A stretch of 63,602 nucleotides of DNA, filler included, from Octopus bimaculoides (GCF_001194135.2; 6 parts of 5 records of this genome joined end to end with filler, not necessarily neighbours in it); one strand, 5' to 3'; shown: positions 35,179 to 48,746, counted from the first letter of the whole stretch. Notes: generated from the letters alone by a model not told the origin. Made by a program: numbers and translations.

Positions 35179-35790
35179 ACATGTTCGTCCATCGGAGTGA
35201 CGAAGATCATCTGGTCATCCTCAAAGATGACTAATGACTTGCACGGTAACTTTGTTTCGAGTGAAAAAGTGTTGCGCATCGTCAACCTCTCTCTCTCTCT
35301 CTCTCTCATCCGTGACCATCTGCGATCCAGTGGCAACACCAGGTCAGGTTGGCAAGAGACAGAGACGGATGCAGTGGATGACCAAGATGCCTTACTTGGC
35401 CCCATCTTGCTTTCTGAATTTCACAATGCATTGCTGCAGCCACCTTTCTCTCAGTTGAACCATAAAGGTTACATCCGTGGAGTCAGTCAGATCCACTCTT
35501 CACGTGCATAAGTAGCTAAACCCTAACAACAACAACAACAACAATAACAACAGCACCACATGTTCGTCCATCGGAACAACAAGGCCCATCTAAACTTCCT
35601 GGGCGAGGGATGACTGGTGACGTATGCAACGACATTGCTTAAAGTGAAGAAGAGTTTGCGCACCGACAATCTTACTCTCTCCTCTATGGCCATTTTTCAA
35701 TCCCGTAGCAAGTTAAGATGAAGACGACTGGGGGATGGAGACGATGAAGTAAATGGTCAAGTTGTCTTACCTTGCCTCATCTTGCTCTCT
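35179..35790. repeat. Two diverged direct copies of an unclassified repeat (35179-~35410, 35560-~35790)
   Basis: Both begin CATGTTCGTCCATCGGA, contain GTT(G/T)GCGCA and end CTTAC.T.GCC.CATCTTGCT.TCTG. Confidence 0.6.
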
Positions 35791-36084
35791 GCACTCCTCA
35801 ACGCGTTGCAGCAACCGCCTTCCTCTCCGTTAAACCATGAAGGTTTCTTATGCAAAGTTCACTGGATCTAGTCTTCACGTACATGGGTAGGCAAATCCTA
35901 ACAACAACCAGCAACAACAACAGCATGGGAAAAATAAACGAGGAAATATTGTTCTTCGGCCGTAATAGCGAACAAACCCTCAAATCGCGCCCTGCAAGTT
36001 TAGAAAAGAAAGAGTACTATACTTTACGAAAAATAAAGAATGGATACAGTTTCAACATCTTTGGTCATAAAATGGCCTATTTCC

Positions 36085-36305
36085 TTTCTACTATAGGCAC
36101 AAGGCCTGACATATTTGGTGGGCGAGAGGGCTAGTCGATTACATTGACTCCAATAAATGACTAGTGCTCCTTTTATCGAACCCGATAGGAAGAAACACAA
36201 AGTCCAGTCCTCGGCATAATTTGAACTCAGAACGTAAAGACGGAGGACGAAATACCACTAAGCACTTTATCCGGCGCAGTAAGCATTCTGCTAGTTCGCC
36301 GCCTT
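36085..36305 (-). mobile_element. SINE family A
   Basis: ATAGGCACAAGGCCTGA...TTTTATCGAACCCGA...CTAAGCAC...ATTCTGCTAGTTCGCCGCCTT. Confidence 0.85.
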
Positions 36306-36499
36306 AATAATTATAATAATACGGCAGCCCCGCAGCTCTATGAGGAGGGTGTATGATCCATGCTATTTGGACACACTACAAGAAGAAAAACAAGACCTGT
36401 ATAAAGGCTAATGAACTCTTACGAGGCAACGGCTACCAAAATAGTATATACCTAAGAGGCAGAAGCAATCATAACGCTTATAACCTCTTGTAGGAGACG

Positions 36500-38640
36500 G
36501 AAATACTGAGTAGTGACATCCAGATACTGGCCTGGATGACAAAAGAAAGAACGATACTATGCCAGAAGGGCCCAAGTAAAGGGAATGCGGTTGGAAATTT
36601 CCAACCAATATCTTGTTTGCCACTGATGTGGAAACTGATGACGGCTACCATATTGAACAGCATCTATAAGTACCTAGATGAGAACGACCTACTACCAGTG
36701 GAGCAAAAGGGGTGTAGATGTAAGAGCAGAGGAATAAAGGATCAACTACTAATCGATAAGACTATACTGGCTGACTGCAAGAAGAGACACAAAACTTTGG
36801 CGATGGCATGGGTGGGCTACAGGAAAGTATATGATATGGTCCCACACTCGTGGATTATTGAATGCCTTAAACTGCTTAAGGTCTCCCACAATATTCTGAA
36901 GTTAATACAAAACTCAATGGCAACGTGGCAAACTGAACTCACAGATGGGGAGATAAGCTGGGAGAGGTAAATATCAAAAGAGGAATCTTTCAAGGTGACA
37001 GTCTGTCGCCTCTCCTATTTTTTGCCTGCATATTGCCACTAACCAGCGTTTTAAGAAAGATGTGTGTGAAGTACATGTTAGGCAGAGTGAGAGTAAACAG
37101 CCTGTGGTTTATGGTTGACCTAAAACTATTTGCTAAAACTGAGAAAGAAATTGAAAGTTTGACGGCAACTGTGCAGAGAATTAGCAAAGATATTGGCATG
37201 GAATTTGGGATCGAGAAATGTGGTGTAATGATTCTCAAAAGGCGAAAATCAGTAAAAGTCATGGAATCAAGCTGGAAAGTGACGAAACTATAAAGGAAGT
37301 CGGAGAGAAAGGATATGAGTACTTGGGTATAATTGAAAGAGATAAGATGAATGAACACAAGATGAAAGAAATGTACAAGAAAGAGTATTTGAGGAGAACT
37401 CGGCTTGTGCGCCAATCGAATCTAAATGGCGCCATAAGATTAGAGCAATTAACACATGTGCAGTTGCTTTGATGAGATATGGGGCAGGAATAGTGTCTTG
37501 GAAGAAGAATGAATTACAGGAGATAGACTGGAGAACACGTAAATTAATGACAAGAAACTACACCCCAAGAGTGATGTGTCAAGATTGTATGTAAAGAGGA
37601 AAGAAGGAAGCCGAGGATTGGTGGTTTGTGAAGGTTGCATAAGGGAAGAGGAGAATAGCCGGGCTTGGTAAGTCAAGGGGAGTAAAGAAGAAATGATTGA
37701 AGCAGTGAAAATGCAGGGAACGTTAAAAGTGAACGAAGCGTAGATCCAACACGATTTAAGAAAAACCAGAGAGAGCAGATGAAGAAAATTTGGCAGGACA
37801 AGAAAATGCACAGTCAGTTCTTGAAGAATAAAGATGAGATTGATTGGATTAGAAACTGGCAATGGCTGCAGAAAGGAGGCTTAAAAGGTCCCAGCGGGAC
37901 ATTAGAGTGCAGCGCTCAAGAACAAGCTCTCAGAACAAACTACTGCAAATATCACATTGATAAAAGCACTGACTCACCACAGTGTAGGATGTGCTCTGAT
38001 AAGGGAGAAAGTATAAGCCATATTGTTAGTGAATGCTGTAAGCTCGCACAACGCGAATACAAAAGGAGACACGACAATGTGGCCAGATATGTCCACTGGT
38101 TGTAAAGCAAAACTCGAGAGAGCCGAACAATGGTATGAGCACAAGCCAGAGGGAGTAATGGAAAACGAGCATTACAAGATATTCTGGGATTTTAACATAC
38201 AGTGCGACCAAGTCATAGAATCAAGACGGCCAGATATAGTGATCATCCATAACGATGAAAAATAATCAAAGATAATAGATGTTGCAATACCAGGCGATTA
38301 GAGGGTGAAATGTAAGGAAACAGAAAAGTATGAGAAATACCAACCTCTGCGGGACAGGATAGGAAAGATATGGAAAGTAATGGTGATACCGGTGGTAATT
38401 GGAGCATTAGGAGCAGTTTCCAAGAACTTTGAAAAATACTTGAGCTGCTGTCAGGCTCAAAGTGATCCAGAAGACAGCATTGTTGGATACAGTCAACATT
38501 CTAAGGAAAGTGTTGTCTCTTTGAGTCCCAGAAGGCACTACTTGAAACCTTTGGTGATTTGTTATTGTCTGCTTTCAAGTAAAGAACGACCAGTAATTAA
38601 GAACTATCCGAGAGTCTTTCAAAATAACAATAATAATAAT
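36500..38640 (+). mobile_element. R4/Dong-clade LINE, 5'-truncated, decayed (RT + CCHC + RLE), (AAT)n tail
   Basis: [86 protein letters not shown]. Confidence 0.9.
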
Positions 38641-40312
38641 GATCTTGAAGGACTACTACGTACTATGAAAGCATTCAGTGATGATATCGGGATGGAATTT
38701 GGTCTTAATAAATGTGCCAAGGCCACGTTCCAGAAAGGGAAATTGAAGACCTTACATTTAGTGGTGTTGGATGTTGACAGTCATAAAAGAACTCGAGCAG
38801 GAACAAACTTACAAAATACCTGGGAATAAATGTGGGCATTGGCATTCAACATGCAAGCATGAAAGAGGAAGGAATGTTATAGGAAAGTTCTAGCAGTCCT
38901 AAAATCCGAGTTAAAAGCAAGGTGTTAGCTATAAATTCCTTAGTAGTTTCGGTTATTTACAGTTGCAATGTGTTGAACTGGAATATGAGCGAAATAAGGA
39001 AAACTGACAGGAAAATCTGTAAGCTGCTGACTTGCAATAAGATGCACCACCCAAAGGCAGACGCAGATCGTCTTTACCTACTCAGAGTTCAAGAAGATCG
39101 AGGCTTGATCCAATTTGAAATCTCTTACAAAGCCACCACAATTGGACTGGCAAAATATCTTGAAACATCTAATGACTGGATGCTAAAGCTCGTTGAAAAC
39201 CATAAAAGACGTAAGAGGTTTCATTCTGCTATGAAGGAGAGCAAAAAATTTTCAAGTCAGTTTATGCATAATACCCATGTTGAACAGCATGATGGAAGTG
39301 CGGCAACTGTAATAGCAAGGAAGGTGAAATCAATAGCAAAGCAAAATGCATTTGAACAATTAGCTGATAAGTGGGAACAAAAACCTCTGCATGGCAAATA
39401 TATAGCTGATGTAGACCAGAAACACACTCATCAGTGGCTACGGAGTTCAGGGTTAAAGGCAGACAGTGAAGGCTTTATCTTGGCTGCCCAAGATCAGAGC
39501 TTATTAACCTGGAACTATCAAGCCAATGTGATGAAATATGGTGTTGACCCAAAGTACCGATACTGCAACGATGAGATTGAAACAGTAGACCACCTAATCT
39601 CTGGGTGTAAGGTTTTAGCACCTGTAGAGTATAAATCAAGATATGACAGAGTTGGCCAATATCTACACTGGATAATGTGTCGGCATTATAAAATCAAAAC
39701 TGCTGACAAATGGTACAAGCACCACCCTGAGGCTGTAACTGAGGGAGAAAATGTAACGATTCTTTAGGACATCCCAGTATGTACAGACGGGACCATTAAA
39801 GCAAATAAACCAGATATTGTTGTGAAAGACCAAAACAGTAAAGTGTTTATTGATTGACATGAGCATACCCTGTGATCATAATATCTAGGCAAAAGAATTT
39901 GATAAGCACAAAAAATATAAAGATTTGCTAATTGAAATCGAAAATCTGTGGCATCTCAAGACTGTTACAATACCAGTGATTGTTGGAGCACTTGGAATGA
40001 TCAAAAAGGAAATGACAATTATTTAAGAATGATCCCTGGCTTACCATACATGCAAGGAGTGCAAAAAAGATTGTCTTAACTGGTACGTCACACGTACTGT
40101 GAATTTTCATTCATTTTCCCCCCTTTATTTTCTTTCCTCTTTATTTTTTAATTTTCCTTTTTCTTTTTGTCGTTCTTACCACTTTTCCCTATTACATGAT
40201 TTTGTAATGAGCAATCTAGTGTGTTTATTTTAATGGCCTACCGATGTATGCGTTTCTCTGCCCTAGGTGTCAGGAAGACACTCGACAAGAAATGGAAACA
40301 GAATTGGAAGAA

Positions 40313-40380
<68 letters not shown>
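38641..40380 (+). mobile_element. Second R4/Dong-clade LINE 3' half with (AAT)n tail
   Basis: FSDDIGMEFGLNKCAKA, HHPKADADRLYL, EGFILAAQDQSL, CRYC(KYRYC)..ETVDHLISGC, KPDIVV; tail at 40315-40380. Confidence 0.9.
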
Positions 40381-40381
<1 letters not shown>

Positions 40382-41334
40382 GTACACTAAAAAGCTCTCT
40401 CCACAAAACAAACTTAATCCAACATCGGTGCAATGGAAGGAAAACTTGGCGATACAACTGTGGGGAAAGTTCTGTTAAAGCAAAGGAATTAAAGAATCGG
40501 AAAGATTTTTGTTAAAAAATATCTCAATGTGGCATACGCAAGACGTCGAAACCAGCACCAGAAACCCTGGAAAAACACACCAAACACACCAATTACACAA
40601 TAAGTACGTAAATTGAATAATTACCTATACATGCAACCGTCATGCATCCATGTGTACATGCTAATATTTAGAAGCAACATAAATAATGCCTATACGACGC
40701 ACACGCAGACACACAGAAAATAAAAGAAAGACACGTGTCACGAGCGACGCCGAACCAAACAAAAACAAAGCGACTTCCCACAAACGAATATAAAAAGGAG
40801 CAAATTAGTCACTCAGTTTAAAACATCACTTAGCAGTTATGCCCGGAAACATAGCGACCATAAAAAATAGAGGCAATTTTCGATTTGTCAGCCAACGATA
40901 TAACAAATATATCCATTCGAAGAACAAAGAAGCGATGTCGTGTCAAAAAGTCAATCCTGAACAAACAGACCCGTTTCCTATTGCCGCCGTCAATGCGTTA
41001 ATGACAAACCGAAACTCATACCGATTCGGTCATCTCCCGGGACAAGAACCACGTTACCCAGTGGGGAACCAGAATGGGGTCGAAAAGCCTGCTGCTGGAA
41101 CAAACTCTCAAAAAAAAAAAACGAACTATCAGATAACCAGAACCAAGATAACCCTAACCCTAGACCTGTAGTGACACCACCAAAAACACCACATAATGCA
41201 AACGCATAAAATGGACTAGAGAGGATTATAGAGCTGTGTTGAAAGCTATCTATACTGCTCAACTAAACCCAAACAATAACCTCATAGTACAAACTTAGTA
41301 GGCAACGAAGTACGCAGATAAATAGACACAAATG

Positions 41335-43189
41335 CATGGTTCTGATCCCACTCTCAAACGAACTGAGTAACAACAGGTAAGAGTTCAAAGTGTAAACCAT
41401 CTGTTTTATATGGATGATCTGAAGCTGTTTACTAGAAATGACGAAGAGCTAAGTAGGGCTGTTAACAACTGTTAAAGAGTTCAGCAATGACATCGGGATG
41501 GATTTTGGCTTTGATGAGTGTGCTAAAGCAACTATTGTAAGAGGCAAGCTCAAACAAAAAGCTTCCATTAAATTAGATACCGACACTACCATCAAGGAGC
41601 TTGACCCACAAGTAAGCTATAAATACTTGGGGATAAATGTAGGAGATGGTGTACAACATGCTACTATGAAGGAAAACATAAAAAAGAAATATTACAGGAG
41701 AGTAAGACTCATACTAAAAACTGAGCCCAACTCCAAAAACCGCATCGAAGTCATTAACACCCTGGCAATTCCAGTTGTCCAATACAGTTTTAACATCATT
41801 AACTGGAATCTTACAGAGCTCTAACGTCTGGACAAGAAGACAAGAAAACTACTAACATCTAAGAACATGCACTACCCAAAAGCAGACATTGATCATTTGT
41901 ACCTACCTAGAAGTAACGGAGGAAGGGGAATCATGCAGGTAGAACTGTGCTTATAAGACCTCCACAATAGCAATGAACAACTACTTATCTAGTACAGAGG
42001 ACTGGATGCTGTGGCTTGTGNNNNNNNNNNNNNNNNNNNNNNNNNNNNNNNNNNNNNNNNNNNNNNNNNNNNNNNNNNNNNNNNNNNNNNNNNNNNNNNN
42101 NNNNNNNNNNNNNNNNNNNNNNNNNNNNNNNNNNNNNNNNNNNNNNNNNNNNNNNNNNNNNNNNNNNNNNNNAGGGAACTCGGCATTAACCCTGAATTAG
42201 ATGAAGAACCTGAAACCACTGCCACGAAAAAAGCAAAACGGATCAAACAGACTGCAAAAAAGAATGGGCAGAAACAAATTGAGGAGCGGTGGAGCCAGAA
42301 GCCTTTGCATGGACAGTGTATGCTTCGAAGCCGAAATGCTGATGTAGACCAAGGAACAACCCATCAGTGGCTGAGAAGCTCAGGACTGAAAGCAGAGACT
42401 GAAGGTTTCATATTGGCGGCACAAGATCAAAGCTTGCTTACCAAAAACTACCAGGTTAACATTCTTGAAAACGGTTCTGACCCTAAATCCAGATTCTGCG
42501 ATAAATTTGATGAAACAATAGACCATCTTGTCTTGGGATGCCCTGTGCTGGCACCAAACAAATACAAAAATCGCCACGATCGTATTCACAGTGGAAAATA
42601 TATAAAATCAACACTCCTACTTACTGGTATGAACATTATCCTGAGCCAGTCGTTGAAGGTAAAAATGTCACTATGTTCTGGGATTTTCCAGTCAGCACCG
42701 ACAGAACGATCCAGGCTAATCGAACGGACAGTCATTAAAGAAGAAAATACTTGTAGACTAATAGATGTCAGTGTTCCCACTGATCAAAATATATTTGTAA
42801 AGGAATTTGACAAATTAAGTAAATATAAGGACCTGGAAATTGAAAGATAAAAGATGTGGCATCTTAAAGCGAGAACTGTTCCTGTTATTGTGGGTGCCCT
42901 AGGTATGATAAGAAAGAGATGTCAGAAGCATCTAGGTAATATTCCAGTAGAATCATGTCTCAGAGAAACCTGAAAGGTTGTGCTGACAAGTACTACCCAC
43001 GTCTTTAGAAAAGCCCTATCAATTTCAGTGTCTATGCTGTATTACATGAAGATATATTTCGCTACTGCCCCTGCCACTTCCCCTCCCCAAGCTTTCACTT
43101 GTACTGTAACTTATCTTATTCTTCACTTGCCTTAGGACGCTGGGTGTGTCTCGGCAAGTGATTGAAACAAACATGCAGATTAAATGTAA

Positions 43190-43192
<3 letters not shown>
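41335..43192 (+). mobile_element. Third R4/Dong-clade LINE 3' half (with internal gap)
   Basis: VNHLFYMDDLKLF, DIGMDFGFDECAKA, EGFILAAQDQSL, ETIDHLVLGC, LIDVSVP, VPVIVGALG. Confidence 0.9.
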
Positions 43193-43240
<48 letters not shown>

Positions 43241-43768
43241 GAGTTAGAGAGCAGTGCATGCCATCAAAGTGACACTGGAGTAAAATATACAAAGCCCAAT
43301 ATACCCATCATGACTACCCGTCTGATAAGGGTACACAAGGCACGTGCATCACAACCATTGCATGACATAGTGATTTCATATCAAGATAAACAGCGCATGA
43401 CCTCGCAGGTGGGGCCCAGTTAGAATTTATTTCAGGTCGAGTAGCCCATCCCGCTCAAAAGGTCCCTGAATAAGGTTTGTTTAAGGATGATCAGCAAAAC
43501 ACCCATGTTTCAGAAGGTGAATTATTCAAACCCCAAAGAATTTCTCTCAACACATGGCTATAATGCTCCCCCACTACTTCTGCTCGTGATCAGAGATGCA
43601 CATATCGTCAGCCACCAAGGGACATGCTCAATTGGTTAAGGTCAAACAACTGACAAGCAAATCTGTGGTATTAAGCAGAATATTTGCTGTTGGCCATCTT
43701 TTATACCAAGACAAAACAATGTACATGATAACACTTCCAATCAATTAAGATCAGAAACCATGAGAGCC
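43241..43768 (-). repeat. Unclassified interspersed repeat with (AAT)n sense tail (probable non-autonomous retroelement)
   Basis: Complex non-coding sequence directly abutting the (ATT)n array at 43192-43240; family status inferred, no second copy in this window. Confidence 0.45.
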
Positions 43769-43940
43769 NNNNNNNNNNNNNNNNNNNNNNNNNNNNNNNN
43801 NNNNNNNNNNNNTTAATTAATTAANNNNNNNNNNNNNNNNNNNNNNNNNNNNNNNNNNNNNNNNNNNNTAGATATATTTATACATATGTATATATATATA
43901 TATATTTAGATATATTTATACATATGTATATAAATATATA

Positions 43941-44107
43941 TACACTCTCGGAGTGGTTGGCGTTAGGAAGGGCATCCAGCTGTAGAAACTCTGCCAAATC
44001 AGATTGGAGCCTGGTGTCGCCTCCTAGTCCACCAGTTCTCAGTCAAATCGTCCAACCCATGCTAGCATGGAAAGTGGAAGTTAAACGACGACGACGATGA
44101 TGATGAT
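43941..44107 (+). mobile_element. SINE family C 3' part
   Basis: Near-identical to 14900-15068. Confidence 0.9.
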
Positions 44108-44374
44108 ATATATATATATCATATCTATAAAACTCAAGATGTGTGTGTGTGTGTATGTGTGTGTGTGTGTGTGTACGTGAATGTAGTTTATGCACGTCCA
44201 CAACTTAGCACGCATGTCGCTCCAATTTTAGGAGATGTGTCATGACCTTATCTGCATTTTCGCCAAATTTTTCTCTCAGAGGCACCCACGTATAGCTGTA
44301 AAAATCAATAAACTTTTACCAATTTTGAAGTTTGTTGACATGGCAAAGTCAAATATGTGCGTACGCGCGTGAAG

Positions 44375-44406
<32 letters not shown>

Positions 44407-44955
44407 AAGAAATAGTGTGTTTGTGACAGGGGGCGTCTAACAAAAAAAAAATATTAAAAAGTGGGTAAGGCAGACAGAAATCAAAGCAAATTTTTCTAAG
44501 CAAGACAAGAGTTTACTTTGCTAGCGTCTAACAAAAAAAAACAAAACAAAACAAAAAAAAAGAACGAAGAAGTGGAAGAGACAGAAAGCGTATTAACAAA
44601 GAAAATGTAGGTAAGGAAGACAGAGTAAGTGTAAAATGTTAAATGCATTTTTTTTCTTAAACATGAGATAAAATTTAAAATATACGATGTTTTTGAAAGA
44701 CACTATATACTATAATGAGATTATATATACTTTCTCACACAACAATTCAAATATATTTATTTTAAATCATTTATTTGTTTTAAATCGTTCATCTTTCTTC
44801 CCCCCACTCTCACTCTCTCACACACACGCACATATACTACTTTGGGAGCGAAAAAGTTTTGTTTATATTTCACAACTATGAAATAAAAACTTATGTAACA
44901 ATTTGTCAGTCACCCCCCCACCCCCACCCGTTTTTCGGACCACAAAAAGGGTTTG

Positions 44956-45148
44956 GTAATTTTTCAGATTCACACCCGCACGATTTCCACTAGAGTGTTA
45001 CGGTTAGGGTTTTAGGGCTAGGGTTTTAGGGCTAGAGTTTTACGGTTAGGATTAGGGTTAGGGTTAAGGTTAGTGTTAGGATTACGATTAGGGTTGGTGT
45101 TAGGGTTACAGTTTTAGGGTTACGGTTTAGGGTTAGGGTTAGAGTTAA
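44956..45148. repeat. Second TTAGGG-like array element
   Basis: CGATTTCCACTAGAGTGTTA start shared with 28317; degenerate hexamer array. Confidence 0.85.
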
Positions 45149-45334
45149 CCTAGAAGGGACAGGCCCCTTATTTTTTGGTTAAGGCTGTTGGTAAGTTTTC
45201 CTAAGTTACTCCAATCCACATCCCCAATGCAAACCTTCAGATCAACCTTTTCCTATGCAGATCTCTAATGCAACTTTTAAAAAAACAGTCAATGAGTGGA
45301 AATAACCAATAAACTGATTCCTTATGGGATTTCC

Positions 45335-45395
45335 CAATCAAATTGCCAGCAAACCATTTTCAGCCAAACCAATTTCAGCCAAACCAATTTCAACG
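45335..45395. repeat. Short ~15-bp minisatellite (CAGCCAAACCAATTT x~3)
   Basis: Directly visible. Confidence 0.8.
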
Positions 45396-45621
45396 GATTT
45401 CGCTCAAATCTGATGTCCATGTTACTTATTTTGGTTTGAAATANNNNNNNNNNNNNNNNNNNNNNNNNNNNNNNNNNNNNNNNNNNNNNNNNNNNNNNNN
45501 NNNNNNNNNNNNNNNNNNNNNNNNNNNNNNNNNNNNNNNNNNNNNNNNNNNNNNNNNNNNNNNNNNNNNNNNNNNNNNNNNNNNNNNNNNNNNNNNNNNN
45601 NNNNNNNNNNNNNNACACACA

Positions 45622-45816
45622 CGAGGGGTACTGAAAAGTTCCTGGCTTTGAGTAAAAGAAAATACTGGAGGATCAGTTAATCATGATGTTATTCAACATG
45701 TTTGCTTCTCAAATTCACACAGTTTTTCTAAGCCCAGTAAAACAATTTGGAAGGTTGGGCCTCGAACCATACCTTTCATGACATCCTTAAAGCCAGGAAC
45801 TTTTCAGCAACCCCTC

Positions 45817-45817
<1 letters not shown>
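45622..45817. mobile_element. Mariner-type MITE (196 bp), ~28-bp TIRs
   Basis: CGAGGGGTACTGAAAAGTTCCTGGCTTT ... AAAGCCAGGAACTTTTCAGCAACCCCTCG. Confidence 0.85.
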
Positions 45818-45862
<45 letters not shown>

Positions 45863-46187
45863 GCAATACAATACAGAATATCTATTTTGATACGTATGCA
45901 AGAATGGAATCTGTAAGAATGGAAGTGGGGTAGGGAAGGGGTCAAGAGTTAGTGGGGAGAGGAGAGTGGTTGGGGTAGTGTGGAGCGTGAGGGCAATTAG
46001 TTACTGTGTAAATTATTTGTGCTAATGAAAAGCTGCAATCATTCTGTTTCCCTTCCCGTCTTCTCCTCTCTCGACCTTTCTATATAAATACGAAAGAGAC
46101 CAGACCGAATAACCTTGGCAATCATTTCTTGAATAATTCCCAACAAATTAGGAGAAGAACCCCTTTCCTTCTTCTCACAGACTAGCT

Positions 46188-46452
46188 ATGATGATGATGA
46201 TGATGATGATGATGATAACAAACAACTATGATAATGAGGAAAATATTAATAAAAATAATAATGATAATAATATAATAATGATGATAATGATAGTGATGAA
46301 GTTATTAGATATTATTATTAATAATAATAATAATAATTATAATGATAATTATAATAAAAATAATAGTAGTATTAATAATAATAATAATAGTAATAAAGAT
46401 AATAATAATGGTAATAACAGTAATAATAGCAATGTTGTTGATGATAATAATT
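46188..46452. repeat. (GAT)/(AAT) low-complexity array
   Basis: Directly visible. Confidence 0.95.
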
Positions 46453-46856
46453 AGACAATCAGGATAATTGAGTTAATGAGATTGTCTGAGATATTAATTA
46501 ATTTATGAAATAATATGAGGGAATCGGAAGTGCAACGGTTGTTGTTATTGTTGTGATCGTCTACCGTATATTTCCCCTCATTTTGTTGACCTTGTCTGGC
46601 TGGCATTCCCAAGACTAAGATACAGACAGACTGACAGACAAAGACAGAGAGAGAGAGAGTGGGGGAGGGGGACACGCACACACATGCACACAGATAAATC
46701 TCACTGACTGGCAGACAGAGAGAAGGAAGGCCTTCTGTTAATTATCAGTGAGCATAGCAATTTTAATCCTTAATAAACTTGTAGCCAATAATCTTCTCAA
46801 GATAGAACCTATTATAATGAATTCTGTGGTCGGATGTTTTACTGCAGTGCTGACAA

Positions 46857-46995
46857 GATTGTTGTTGTTGGCACTCCGTCGCTTATGACGTCGAGGGTTC
46901 CAGTTGATCCGATCAACGGAACAGCCTGCTCGTGAAATTAACGTGCAAGTGGCTGAACACTCCACAGACACGTGTACCCTTAATGTAATTCTCAG
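46857..46995 (-). mobile_element. SINE family D 3' part
   Basis: Reverse complement of 62570-62706 (TTAATTTCACGAGCAGGCTGTTCCGTTGATCGGATCAACTGGAAC), with a (CAA)n tail. Confidence 0.85.
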
Positions 46996-47540
46996 TGTCT
47001 TCTTCTCAACACATCCCTAAGAATTATTTTTATATCCTGGTGTTGGATATACAATTTAATGAAGCAGGGTCTTAGAAGTATTTACACGACACATACCAAT
47101 ACACGAGTTTAAACGCTCTCTACCAGTGAACTGCTTACCATCAGTGGCTCACAGTTCTTTATTTTATAGCAATGTGTCAGTCCACTTTTAGTCACTTAGC
47201 GGTGGTCAGAATCCTTCCAGAACACTTATCTAAACTAATTTTAATAAAAGATTTCCATACAAAAGCCTCTTGACTAAAATAAAAGTCTTTGTTAGTGATG
47301 CAATATTTTATTTACATTTCCTGAACAACAGTCTCCTTAATCATGAGTTTCAAAAGGGGCTGAATCATTACTTTTCTGATGGGATCAGCAACAAAAGAGG
47401 ATTGTTCATGTAACTCAATGCTAAAGAAGTACTTTTGAGTACATTTGTTTGAAAGCACTGGGTTATCAATGTAATCGTTTGTATACTTTGATGAAATATT
47501 AATGGCATAAAATTAAAGACACACACACACACGCACACAC

Positions 47541-47938
47541 CTTACTCTTTTACTTGTTTCAGTCATTTGACTGTGGCCATGCTGGAGCACCGTCTTTAGT
47601 CGAACAAATCGACTCCAGGACTTACTCTTTGTAAGCCTAGTACTTATTCTATCGGTCTCTTTTGCCGAACCGCTAAGTTGCGGAGACATAAACACACCAG
47701 CATCGGTTGTCAAGCGATGTTGGGGGAAAAACACAGGCACACAAACACACACACTCATATATATACATACATACGACGGGCTTCTTTCAGTTTCCGTCTA
47801 CCAAATCCACTCACAAGGCTTTGGTCGGCCCAAGGCTATAGTAGAAGACACTTGCCCAAGGTGTCACGCAGTGGGACTGAACCTGGAACCAGGTGGTTGG
47901 TAAGCAAGCTACTTACCACACAGCCAGGCCTGCGCCTT
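47541..47938 (-). mobile_element. SINE family B, near full length (tRNA head, internal microsatellite, tail)
   Basis: Head at the 47938 end with B-box-like GGTTCAGTCCC; tail GACTGAAACAAGTAAAAGAGTAAG. Confidence 0.92.
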
Positions 47939-47939
47939 A

Positions 47940-48228
47940 ATCTTTTATCTTTTACTTGCTTCAGTCACATCACCACTGCCGTAAACAAAGTTGAACAAAT
48001 CAACCTCAGGTCGACGTATGCACACCAACACTAGTTGTCAAGTAATGGGGGTGGGAACAAAGACATGCACACACATACACACACACACACATACATGATG
48101 GGCTTCTTTCAGTCTCCATCTACCAAATCCTCTCACAAGGCTTTGGTCGGCCTGAGACTACAGTAGAAGACACTTGCCCAAGGCACCACACAATGGGAAT
48201 GAACCCTGAACCATGTGGTTGGGAAGCA
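47940..48228 (-). mobile_element. SINE family B, diverged adjacent copy
   Basis: Same head and tail motifs with deletions, directly next to the previous copy. Confidence 0.8.
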
Positions 48229-48696
48229 CCTATTATTCATGTTTGACCCACTGTGTGGCACTTTGGAAGAGTTTCTCCTTTAGCCTTGATTTAATCAATG
48301 CCTTTTCAAGCTCAGTGTCTAATTGGCCAACCCATGCCACATTGGAAAGCAGTCTAGTCATAAAAATGACAATGATGATGATGATATATTTCTCCCAAGA
48401 AATAGCATGAGATCTTGGTTTTCTTATTGTTCTTTCTTCTCGTTCCACTTTTTACATCAACTTTCCTCACGTTTTTTTTTTCCCCTTTTTTCTTCTTTAT
48501 CGCATATTTTCACATAGACCAGCATCATGGTTTTTAAATACCTCTAACACTTTGCACTGAGCCTGAAACACTGCTTGGAGATACATGACATGCTATATAA
48601 ATCTGCCAAACTATTGTATCGCTAAAGCATGAAACTATTAGTAGCTCTTTTGTAGATAGATAGATAGACAGACAGAAAGACACACAGACAGGTAGG

Positions 48697-48746
<50 letters not shown>

